Source: a bacterium | Lineage (GTDB): Bacteria; Patescibacteriota; Dojkabacteria; JAKAPS01; JAJZLI01 | Length of the DNA stretch: 64,000 bases | NCBI GenBank assembly: GCA_021816845.1 | Contig: JAKAWT010000001.1 | Span: 70,087-134,086 of the forward strand | Direction of reading: 5' to 3' | Shown here: one piece after another, positions 43,495 through 51,645 of the stretch | How the letters are laid out: the number at the start of each line of letters is the position of its first letter | Numbering within the stretch: the stretch's first letter is position 1 | Program-made: the position numbers and the translations under genes | The notes under the pieces: model-generated | The model's input: the letters and a program-made list of their open reading frames with translations, nothing else | Told to the model about the DNA's origin: nothing | The model's database searches: none

Positions 43495-44496
43495 CTATTT
43501 AAAAATGTATATACCATCTTTAATATCATATGACTTACCACATTTTTGACATACTAATTTTTTAGAATATAAATTCTTAAGATCTCCATGACATATTGGG
43601 CAGCACAAACTATCTTTAAAAATATCTTTAATATCTTTTGCTTTATCTAAAAAATTATTTTTTAAATTATCATCTTTTAAAAGATATAAAAATATGCTTG
43701 GACCAAAATATGTTTTAGAAAATATAATTCCAAATTTATTATCCAAAGATATTAATATGTTCGTATTAAATAGTTTTTTGAAATATTTTTGTCTGAAATT
43801 TGATGCTGAAAAAACTTTCTTAACTATTAAGTGATTTTTTACTAGAGTTTTAATAATATATGAAGGTGAAAAATTTAAGAATATTTGATCATTTAAAAAT
43901 CCTTGAGAATCATTTTTATGCGGAATGGAATAAATATCTTGTTTTCTAAAATCTTTATCTTTAAAATGTCTCATTCTTGATAACATATGATCCTTATTTG
44001 CAAATTCCAAAATAAAACTATTTGATATCACTCTTGATATTTCACTTATTGCAAGATCAGGATTTTCTATATGATGTAAAACCCTAACTAACATGCCTGA
44101 GGAGATTGATCCATCTTTAAATGGCATGTTATATATGTCCCCACAAACTTTAAAAACATTTGAATCTAGATTATTTTTACCTTCTGCTTTTTTTAGATTA
44201 GAAAATGAGTAATCAAAAAGTATTGAATATGAATATTTATTCTGGTATAGATCAGTGAGCCTACCATACCCTCCACCTATATCTATAAATGACCTCGAGT
44301 TGTTGGGTTTAGACTTAAATAGATTATTATCCTTTAATAATTTAGATAGTATATTCCTTTCAGATTGGTTTTCATATTCCCTATCTTTCCAATATTTCCT
44401 ATAATCATATTCTAAATTTGAATCATAATCTTGGACTCGTATTTTTGTATTCAAACTTTTTTTATTAATACTTCTAGTATTGGTCATAGGGTTCAT
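43495..44496 (-). CDS. class I SAM-dependent methyltransferase fused to a C-terminal Trm112-like zinc-ribbon domain
   Basis: Motif I (FIDIGGGYGRLTDL) and motif post-I/II (VCGDIYNMPFKDGSISSGMLVRVLHH). C-terminal CCPICHGDLK...CQKCGKSYDIKDGIYIF is a Trm112/DUF343-like zinc ribbon. Confidence 0.65.
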   Translation of the reverse strand: MNPMTNTRSINKKSLNTKIRVQDYDSNLEYDYRKYWKDREYENQSERNILSKLLKDNNLFKSKPNNSRSFIDIGGGYGRLTDLYQNKYSYSILFDYSFSNLKKAEGKNNLDSNVFKVCGDIYNMPFKDGSISSGMLVRVLHHIENPDLAISEISRVISNSFILEFANKDHMLSRMRHFKDKDFRKQDIYSIPHKNDSQGFLNDQIFLNFSPSYIIKTLVKNHLIVKKVFSASNFRQKYFKKLFNTNILISLDNKFGIIFSKTYFGPSIFLYLLKDDNLKNNFLDKAKDIKDIFKDSLCCPICHGDLKNLYSKKLVCQKCGKSYDIKDGIYIFK

Positions 44497-44641
44497 TTTA
44501 CATTAAAAGTATAATATTTTGTAGTCCCTATAAATATTATACTTTTATTATGTTAAACTATATAAAATAGACTTGGATCCAGATCCAATGGATCAGAACT
44601 ATTGGATCAAGATCCTCTAATCTAATCAAGTCTAGACTATT

Positions 44642-45568
44642 ATGAAAAATTTTATAAAATTAACTTTATTATTACTGCCAATACTAACAATATTTTTCGC
44701 TAGTAATATATACGCTAAAATTATTCCTGACAAAGGAATCACTCTATCACCTGTAATATCTAAGATAACATTAAATAAGGGAGAAACTTATAATGGTAAA
44801 CTATATATAACATATAATAATAACTCAAAAGTTAATGCAAATATTTTAGTTTATGCATTTAGACAATCAGGTGACACTGCACATCCGAAATTCTCAAACA
44901 AAATAAATAAACTTTCTGAATCAATTCATTGGATTAAGATTCAAAAAAATGTAACTTTGTATCCACATAAATCCATTGCAATTAACTATACAATAAATGT
45001 GGCAAATAATGCATCTCCAGGTGGACATTTCTTATCAATAATAGTATCAATAACTAAATCAGGGAATGAAAAGATTGTCGAATCTGTAGGATCTCTACTT
45101 ATTATTACTATAAATGGAAAAATTATATCTTCTGGATATATACAAAATTTTGGAGCTACAAAAAAAATATTTTTAGAAAATCCAATAAATTTATATCTAG
45201 ACTTTGCAAATACTGGGAATATACAACTATCACCATTTGGGTATATTACAATTTCAAATATATTTGGAAATACAATAAAAGTAATAGAAATAAATAAAAA
45301 TCAATCTTTAGATTTACCAAAAAGTACGAGATTGTATACTACTAATTTTAATTTGAAAAATTTTATTAATCAGTTTGGGATATACCAGGCAACTTTGAAT
45401 CTTACATATGGATACCCAGGGCATTTCGTAAATACTCAAAGTTCTAGTACATTCTATTATTTTAATTATTTATACCTAATTATATTACTTCTTATCATAA
45501 TTGTTATCATACTTTATATAATTAAAAGAAAACATAATAAAAAATTATTGTTTTTTAAAAAATGGTAA
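44642..45568 (+). CDS. family B protein: secreted domain, C-terminal TM anchor and basic tail (…IKRKHNKKLLFFKKW)
   Basis: Signal peptide (…NIYA^KI). Conserved block with 37976..38977. The stop overlaps the start region of the next family-A gene. Confidence 0.6.
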   Translation: MKNFIKLTLLLLPILTIFFASNIYAKIIPDKGITLSPVISKITLNKGETYNGKLYITYNNNSKVNANILVYAFRQSGDTAHPKFSNKINKLSESIHWIKIQKNVTLYPHKSIAINYTINVANNASPGGHFLSIIVSITKSGNEKIVESVGSLLIITINGKIISSGYIQNFGATKKIFLENPINLYLDFANTGNIQLSPFGYITISNIFGNTIKVIEINKNQSLDLPKSTRLYTTNFNLKNFINQFGIYQATLNLTYGYPGHFVNTQSSSTFYYFNYLYLIILLLIIIVIILYIIKRKHNKKLLFFKKW

Positions 45569-47439
45569 AAAAATATTCAATAAAATTTGTTACAGTATTA
45601 AGTATATTCGGATTATTTTTCTTATCAATATATCCAATATTTACTAGTGTACAAGCCGCTTTAATAACACCTTTATCAGATACTATGTCAAACCAAACAG
45701 TATCAGGATCATCAGCAAATAATTTCTCTTTTGATGCAGTATCTGGTATTCCAGCTTCAGGAACAGTGACCATAACATTTCCATCAGGGTTTACTTCTGT
45801 ATCAGTGACTTCAGCAACATCATCTATGTCAGGTGCAACATTTTCAGTTACTGGTAATGTTATAACAGTGACAAATGGTACCACTGCTATAACAGCTGGA
45901 ACTACAGTAACCATATCTAATATAACAGCTACAAACCCATCTATTGCCTCATCATCGACAACACAATATATAATAACAATATCTACATCAGGTGGTGATC
46001 AGGCATCAGTTGGAGTAGTAATAGTAGCATCGTCAACCTATGGATCTGGACCTTCAGGAGATATATATCAACAAGCTATAACCATAAATAGTACAAATAC
46101 AAGTACACTAACTAACTATCAGGTGGAAGTAACATTAAATACTCAAACACTCATATCTGCAGGTCAAATGCAGGCAGATTGTGCAGATATTAGGTTTACA
46201 GATTCTTCTGGGAATCTTCTTCCTTATTGGATTGAATCAGGCTGTGATACAACCTCAACTCAAATATGGATTAAAATTAATACTATAGCAGCATCAACAA
46301 ATACAACAATTTTTTTATATTATGGATCATTAAACGCAGCACCGGAGAGTAATGGACATACTACATTCAATTACTTTGACCAAGGAAGTCAAATCAATAA
46401 TTGGATAACTTCTGGATCATCTGGGCAGAATACAGCTACAGGAGATCCAGCTCCTTCATATTATGCAAACTCTTCAAACGGTGATTATATGTATAAAAAC
46501 ATAAACCTTACATCAAATGAATTACTAACCTTTGATGCTAATACAAATGCATTAGGAGATTTTTATTTTCTTACAAACTCCTCTGGGGCTGGGCAGATGT
46601 ATAGGACAGGTATAAGTTCTGGATGGTTCGGTTTTGCCACAACTAATTCTTGGACATCTTGGACTGCACCTACAGGTACATCTCCAATAAGTGCAAATAC
46701 TTGGAATAAATACCAAATTGCGATTACTTCTCCAACCTCTGCAACATTGTATTATAAACTAACATCAGGAGATTCTCCATTAATAAATGGTACATTACTT
46801 GGAACATATACAATTTCTAATAATGGAGGATATATAGGACTTGTAGGGGACGCAGCAGGATCAAGTAATATTACCTACTGGGATAATATTATTGTTAGAC
46901 AGTACTCTTCCCCAGAACCAACAACAACAGTATCTACAACAGTCACTAATCTGACAAATAACCAGCTACAACTTGAAGTAGGTGTTAATCCTTTTATTAC
47001 ATTCCAGGTTAGTTCTAATTCACTAAACATAGGAACTCTATCACCAACTTTGGTATCATCAGCTACAAATTCATTAACATTATCATCTAATGCTTCCAAT
47101 GGAAGCAATGTATCTGTAATGGATGCTAATGCTGGATTATATAATTCTGCTGATAGTCATAAAATAATATCTACAACCACAACTCTTCAAGCTGGAGTAG
47201 AAGGATATGGAATAAATGCATCTACTACATATTCAGGTTTAAATATAGAATACCCATATAATGGTACTGGAGATAGTATTGGTGGGCTATCCCAAACTGC
47301 ATCATCAACATTATGTTCTTCTACAACAACTGTAAATGCAGCAAATATTGTTATAAATTATCTTGCATCGATTTCAAATATAACCCCATCAGGTCCATAT
47401 CAAGATCAAGTCATTTTCATAGCTACAGGCAATTTCTAA
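45562..47439 (+). CDS. family A secreted protein with an inserted DUF2341/LamG-like module (625 aa)
   Basis: N-terminus ALITPLSDTMSNQ... and C-terminus ...VINYLASISNITPSGPYQDQVIFIATGNF. The central segment ...CADIRFTDSSGNLLPYWIESG...TQIWIKIN...TIFLYYG... matches the DUF2341 hallmark. More jelly-roll-like sequence follows. Confidence 0.6.
   Translation: MVKKYSIKFVTVLSIFGLFFLSIYPIFTSVQAALITPLSDTMSNQTVSGSSANNFSFDAVSGIPASGTVTITFPSGFTSVSVTSATSSMSGATFSVTGNVITVTNGTTAITAGTTVTISNITATNPSIASSSTTQYIITISTSGGDQASVGVVIVASSTYGSGPSGDIYQQAITINSTNTSTLTNYQVEVTLNTQTLISAGQMQADCADIRFTDSSGNLLPYWIESGCDTTSTQIWIKINTIAASTNTTIFLYYGSLNAAPESNGHTTFNYFDQGSQINNWITSGSSGQNTATGDPAPSYYANSSNGDYMYKNINLTSNELLTFDANTNALGDFYFLTNSSGAGQMYRTGISSGWFGFATTNSWTSWTAPTGTSPISANTWNKYQIAITSPTSATLYYKLTSGDSPLINGTLLGTYTISNNGGYIGLVGDAAGSSNITYWDNIIVRQYSSPEPTTTVSTTVTNLTNNQLQLEVGVNPFITFQVSSNSLNIGTLSPTLVSSATNSLTLSSNASNGSNVSVMDANAGLYNSADSHKIISTTTTLQAGVEGYGINASTTYSGLNIEYPYNGTGDSIGGLSQTASSTLCSSTTTVNAANIVINYLASISNITPSGPYQDQVIFIATGNF
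45675..45945. repeat. ~270-bp near-identical direct repeat, copy 2 (inside 45562..47439)
   Basis: ~95% identical at the DNA level to 40069..40330. Also explains the look-alike antisense ORFs 39879..40313 and 45555..45914. Confidence 0.8.
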
Positions 47440-47448
47440 AAATATATA

Positions 47449-47817
47449 TTAAAATTCTTTCTTCCCTTTATCAATTATACTGAATGATAGCTCTGCACAC
47501 TTTATCCTTGATAAAGATAGTTCCACCATTAAATCCTCTCTTACCTCATTAAAAAAATCAATATCTATATCATCAATATATTTACCTTTTATTTTATCCG
47601 TAAGAATTGAGGTAGCAGCTTTTGATATTATACAGCCTTCACTTTCAAATGATATATCTATAATTTTCTTTTTATCCTTTTTTATATATAAAGTTATATT
47701 ATCTCCACAAACTGGGTTTTCACCATGAAGTACTAAGTTGTGATCTTTTATCACCCCATAATTCTTTGGATTTTTATATAAATCCATTAAATATGCTCTT
47801 ATCATTTGATTATCCAT
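47449..47817 (-). CDS. sufU: SufU/IscU-type Fe-S cluster scaffold (NifU N-terminal domain family)
   Basis: HGENPVCGDNITLYI, FESEGCIISKA and the C-terminal C in KCAELS give the three-Cys IscU/SufU pattern. Confidence 0.7.
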   Translation of the reverse strand: MDNQMIRAYLMDLYKNPKNYGVIKDHNLVLHGENPVCGDNITLYIKKDKKKIIDISFESEGCIISKAATSILTDKIKGKYIDDIDIDFFNEVREDLMVELSLSRIKCAELSFSIIDKGKKEF

Positions 47818-47820
47818 ATC

Positions 47821-49044
47821 TTATTTATAATAATCTATAATTTTAGAAAGTGATTTTACAAGTGCATTAATATCTGATTTATCGTTATATATATATAAAC
47901 TAACACGTGAGAGAGCTTGTACATTAAATTTTTTCATCAAAACCTGTGCACAATGATGTCCAGCACGAATTGCTATATTATCTTCATCTAAAAAAGTTGC
48001 AACATCATGAGGATGTACCCCAGAGATGTTGAATGATATAATTCCTGTATCACGAGAATCTCCATATATTTCAACTTCTTTTAAAGTAGATAATTGATAA
48101 TGAGTATACGTGGATAAATCCTTAATATATTTGTGGATATTACTAATCCCTAAATCATTTATATATTCTATGGATTTACGAAATGCTATAATATCAACAA
48201 AATTTGGAGTCCCAGCTTCGAATTTATATGGGGCATCTTTAAAAGTACAAGAATCTTTTGATACAGAAAGTATCATCTCCCCTCCACCATATAATGGTTC
48301 CATTTTATCAAGTAGTTCTTTTCTACCATATAACACACCAACACCCGTAGGTCCCATCATTTTGTGTGCAGAAAATGCATAAAAATCACAATCTATGGTT
48401 TTTACATCAACACCAATATGACCTACTGCTTGAGCTCCATCAATAATTACATATGATCCAACATCTTTTGCCATTTTAGTAATTTTTTTAACATCATTAA
48501 TAACTCCAAGTACGTTAGATATATGCACCACAGATACAATTTTAGGTTCCTTTTGTGTTATTAAATCAAGATTTGTAAACTGACCAGATTTATCTACTTC
48601 AAGATACAAGATATTAAATCCTATTTCTTTTTGTAGGATTTGCCATGGAACAATATTAGAATGATGTTCCATTTCAGACAAAAGTACATTATCTCCTTTT
48701 TTGAGTATAGATTTTGCAAAAGAATATACCACCGTATTCAAACTTTCAGTCGTATTTTTTGTAAATATAATTTCACTAGTTTCAGCATTTATAAAATCGG
48801 CTACAGCTTTTCTAGTTTCTTCATACATAGAAGTTGCTTCCTCTGATATTCGGTATAAACCTCTAAATACATTAGCATTATAGTTCTCATAAACTTTTTT
48901 TATCTCATCTATAACAACTTGAGGCTTTTGTGTAGTTGCTGATGAATCAAGATATATAAAATCTTTCTCCTGTGATCCAGATCCGTGAGATATGGATCCT
49001 TGGAATTTTGCATTTTTAAATATTGGAAAATTTTTTTTATCCAT
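47821..49044 (-). CDS. sufS: cysteine desulfurase (SufS family, class V aminotransferase)
   Basis: PLP-lysine motif (SAHKMMGPTGVGVLYG) and a catalytic Cys loop near the C-terminus (AGHHCAQ). Confidence 0.85.
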   Translation of the reverse strand: MDKKNFPIFKNAKFQGSISHGSGSQEKDFIYLDSSATTQKPQVVIDEIKKVYENYNANVFRGLYRISEEATSMYEETRKAVADFINAETSEIIFTKNTTESLNTVVYSFAKSILKKGDNVLLSEMEHHSNIVPWQILQKEIGFNILYLEVDKSGQFTNLDLITQKEPKIVSVVHISNVLGVINDVKKITKMAKDVGSYVIIDGAQAVGHIGVDVKTIDCDFYAFSAHKMMGPTGVGVLYGRKELLDKMEPLYGGGEMILSVSKDSCTFKDAPYKFEAGTPNFVDIIAFRKSIEYINDLGISNIHKYIKDLSTYTHYQLSTLKEVEIYGDSRDTGIISFNISGVHPHDVATFLDEDNIAIRAGHHCAQVLMKKFNVQALSRVSLYIYNDKSDINALVKSLSKIIDYYK

Positions 49045-49808
49045 TAAGTTTCCTTATACACTATATTTTTATAACCTTTTTTATCAATTTTATAAGCAAG
49101 ATCTACATCTCCTTCCTGTACTATTTTACCATTAACCATAATACTAACTTTTAGAATATCTAATTTTTCAATAATTCGTTTTGTATGAGTTATGATGAGG
49201 AAAGATGTTCCTTCTTCTTTTAATTTTTTTATACCCTGGCTAATAAGCATAAGACCATCAACATCAAGCCCAGAATCTATTTCATCAAGGATCGCTAACT
49301 TAGGTTTTAGAACTGCCATTTGTAATAACTCAAGTCTTTTTTTCTCTCCCCCAGAAAAACCTTCATTTAGATTACGTGCTATGAAAGCATCATTGATACC
49401 AAGTTCCTTAGATAATTTTCTTAAATCTCTTGCAAATTCAAATATAGGAACGTCAATTTTGTGTATAGCTTTATATGATGCATGCAAAAATGTACCAACA
49501 TTAACTCCTGGTACCTCTACTGGATGTTGAAACGAAAGAAATAACCCCATTAGAGCTTTTTTAGTAACAGATAAGTTTGTAATATCCTTTGATAAAAATT
49601 CTACACTACCAGAGTGTATAGAATATGATGGATCTCCCATTATAACTTGTGCAAGTGTAGATTTCCCGGAACCATTAGGTCCCATTACAGCCTGAATAGA
49701 ATTTTCTGCCATCTTAAAATTTACACCTTTTAAAATCTCTTTATCTTTATATTCTAGATCCTTGTTTAATCTAACATGCAAATTTTTTATCTCTAATAAA
49801 TTCTTCAT
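49044..49808 (-). CDS. sufC: Fe-S cluster assembly ATPase SufC
   Basis: Walker A (GPNGSGKST), ABC signature (FSGGEKKR) and Walker B (ILDEIDSGLD). Confidence 0.85.
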   Translation of the reverse strand: MKNLLEIKNLHVRLNKDLEYKDKEILKGVNFKMAENSIQAVMGPNGSGKSTLAQVIMGDPSYSIHSGSVEFLSKDITNLSVTKKALMGLFLSFQHPVEVPGVNVGTFLHASYKAIHKIDVPIFEFARDLRKLSKELGINDAFIARNLNEGFSGGEKKRLELLQMAVLKPKLAILDEIDSGLDVDGLMLISQGIKKLKEEGTSFLIITHTKRIIEKLDILKVSIMVNGKIVQEGDVDLAYKIDKKGYKNIVYKET

Positions 49809-50197
49809 AATATATCAATTAATTTTATTTCTTCAAATTTAGTTATTATCTCTTTATTTATTGTATTTATGATATGTGCACTTTTACATATTGGAGAATA
49901 TTTACAGTCTCCAGAAAAACAATCTGTCATAGAAAGATTTTTTTCTAATGATACAAAAACATCAATCAAAGATATATTCTCTATTTTCTTAGCTAATATA
50001 TATCCTCCATTTACACCCTCTTTAGATGATAATAATCCTCCATGTTTAAGGTTAGATACTATTTTTCTTGAAAAGGCTAAAGGGATGCCAGTAGACCTAG
50101 ATATCTCCCTAAGTTTGATCTTTTTATTATCCTTAGTACTTTCAAAAATAACAGATAGTATTAAAAGTGCATAATCTTCTTCTTTTGTTAGCCTCAT
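49805..50197 (-). CDS. Rrf2-family transcriptional regulator (IscR/SufR-like, three Cys)
   Basis: wHTH (LREISRSTGIPLAFSRKIVSNLKHGGLL) and C-terminal C-x5-C-x5-C (CFSGDCKYSPIC). Confidence 0.75.
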   Translation of the reverse strand: MRLTKEEDYALLILSVIFESTKDNKKIKLREISRSTGIPLAFSRKIVSNLKHGGLLSSKEGVNGGYILAKKIENISLIDVFVSLEKNLSMTDCFSGDCKYSPICKSAHIINTINKEIITKFEEIKLIDIL

Positions 50198-50382
50198 GAA
50201 CTTACACCATAAAAGTATCAGTTCTGAGTATATCAGATTTAATATACTCTAATCAATAAAAATGGGTTCGAATCTGAATATAAGTCTTTTAATAGTGATT
50301 CTCCCTACTTATGTTTCCTACTCTAGATATGCCCATGCTTTATCCTCTTCATCTGTATTCCAATTATCTAAGCCACTTAAAC

Positions 50383-50550
50383 TTAGGATATACTCATCAT
50401 TTGTGTTATTCTCTTTTTAGCAGTTTTGGTAATTTTAATTTTACCTGACCTTGCAGTAAGTCCAACTGCATCCTTAAATCTACTTTCCTCAAGCAAGGAT
50501 TCTGGTATATGAATACTTCTAGAACTCCCAATCGTAACAATTGTTGTCAA
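50383..50550 (-). CDS. unannotated small ORF: AbrB/MazE-like (SpoVT-AbrB swapped-hairpin) protein with a possible TTG start. Candidate orphan antitoxin or regulator.
   Basis: Manual minus-strand translation gives LTTIVTIGSSRSIHIPESLLEESRFKDAVGLTARSGKIKITKTAKKRITQMMSIS (55 aa). It fits the AbrB/MazE pattern (vtIg.srsi.IP..l.e.l.l..gd.v.l....gkI.i.k). It is below the ORF-track size cutoff. Confidence 0.35.
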   Translation of the reverse strand: MTTIVTIGSSRSIHIPESLLEESRFKDAVGLTARSGKIKITKTAKKRITQMMSIS

Positions 50551-50644
50551 AAACCTGTCTCTTATTGTGATCTTTTCCTAATTTAAGAGTTTTATATATA
50601 TCATAACTTATTTATATTATGTCTTGCCTATAACAGACAATATA

Positions 50645-50956
50645 CTATTTATCTATAGCATATAATTTACCATTTCTAATCAATGTTTTTAAAACTTTAA
50701 TAGGTCTTGTAGCTGGAAGTGATTGTACCGAACCTGTATTAAGATCAAATTGGGCCCCATGGTGTATACATATAATACTTTCCGAGTCTTCCTGAATAAT
50801 TCCATCTTGCAATGGATACTTTTCATGAGAACACATGTTTTCAAACATAAAAACTCTATTCTCCATTCTATAAACTACAAATTCTCCAAGTTTATTATTA
50901 AAAACCACTGATTGATGCAGAGGAAAATCATTTATATCACCAAGTAGTATTTCCAT
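50645..50956 (-). CDS. Rieske [2Fe-2S] domain protein
   Basis: CSHEKYPL...CIHHGAQF is the Rieske CxH...CxxH pair. It is embedded in the suf locus. Confidence 0.65.
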   Translation of the reverse strand: MEILLGDINDFPLHQSVVFNNKLGEFVVYRMENRVFMFENMCSHEKYPLQDGIIQEDSESIICIHHGAQFDLNTGSVQSLPATRPIKVLKTLIRNGKLYAIDK

Positions 50957-50976
50957 ATTTTATATAATAGATGTAT

Positions 50977-51645
50977 CTAGATACATAAGAATCTTTTATT
51001 TATATCTGACATAATTGTATCATATACTTTATTTTCTCTAATGGGATATAACTGACTTTCTAAAAATCCTTTCACAATTAGGTTCTCTGCTATACTCCTA
51101 TCTAAACCTCTTGATTCAAGATAAAATATTTCATCATCATTGATTTCTGACATAGCTGAATTGTGAGATGCTTTTACATCATCTGGTAATATTTCTAAGG
51201 CAGGAACAACTTTTGATATAACATTGTCAGATAAAAGTAGTGTTTTCTCATCAAAATAATCAAATGAATGTTGAGCATTCCTATCTATTCTTATTAATCC
51301 ATTTATATAGGATTCAGAATTATTATACATAACTCTCCTTACTACAGTACGTGCATTAGTTTCTGGAGATTTATGTATTGAAGATATATTTAAATTGAAT
51401 TTATGAATAGGTATATTTCCTTTACGACTATTATAGAAATCAGCCCTACCAACTTCCAATATATATACATAACAAAAAGAATCAATCCCCTGCAATATAA
51501 AATCAAGAGTTATATTATATTCTCCAGGACTATCTGCAAATAATATATAATTTAGCGTTTCTCCCCTTTTTATTATATACGTATCTGCATATTCTTTTTT
51601 TAAACTGTCAGATAATTTGAAATATATAGTCTTAATACCATTCAT
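50977..51645 (-). CDS. sufD: SufD-like protein, short form (C-terminal half of the SufB/D fold only)
   Basis: C-terminal DEIFYLESRGLDRSIAENLIVKGFLES parallels the SufB tail in the adjacent gene (DQLFYLESRGLDYNEATSLIVSGFLEP). 222 aa versus ~430 typical. Confidence 0.6.
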   Translation of the reverse strand: MNGIKTIYFKLSDSLKKEYADTYIIKRGETLNYILFADSPGEYNITLDFILQGIDSFCYVYILEVGRADFYNSRKGNIPIHKFNLNISSIHKSPETNARTVVRRVMYNNSESYINGLIRIDRNAQHSFDYFDEKTLLLSDNVISKVVPALEILPDDVKASHNSAMSEINDDEIFYLESRGLDRSIAENLIVKGFLESQLYPIRENKVYDTIMSDINKRFLCI

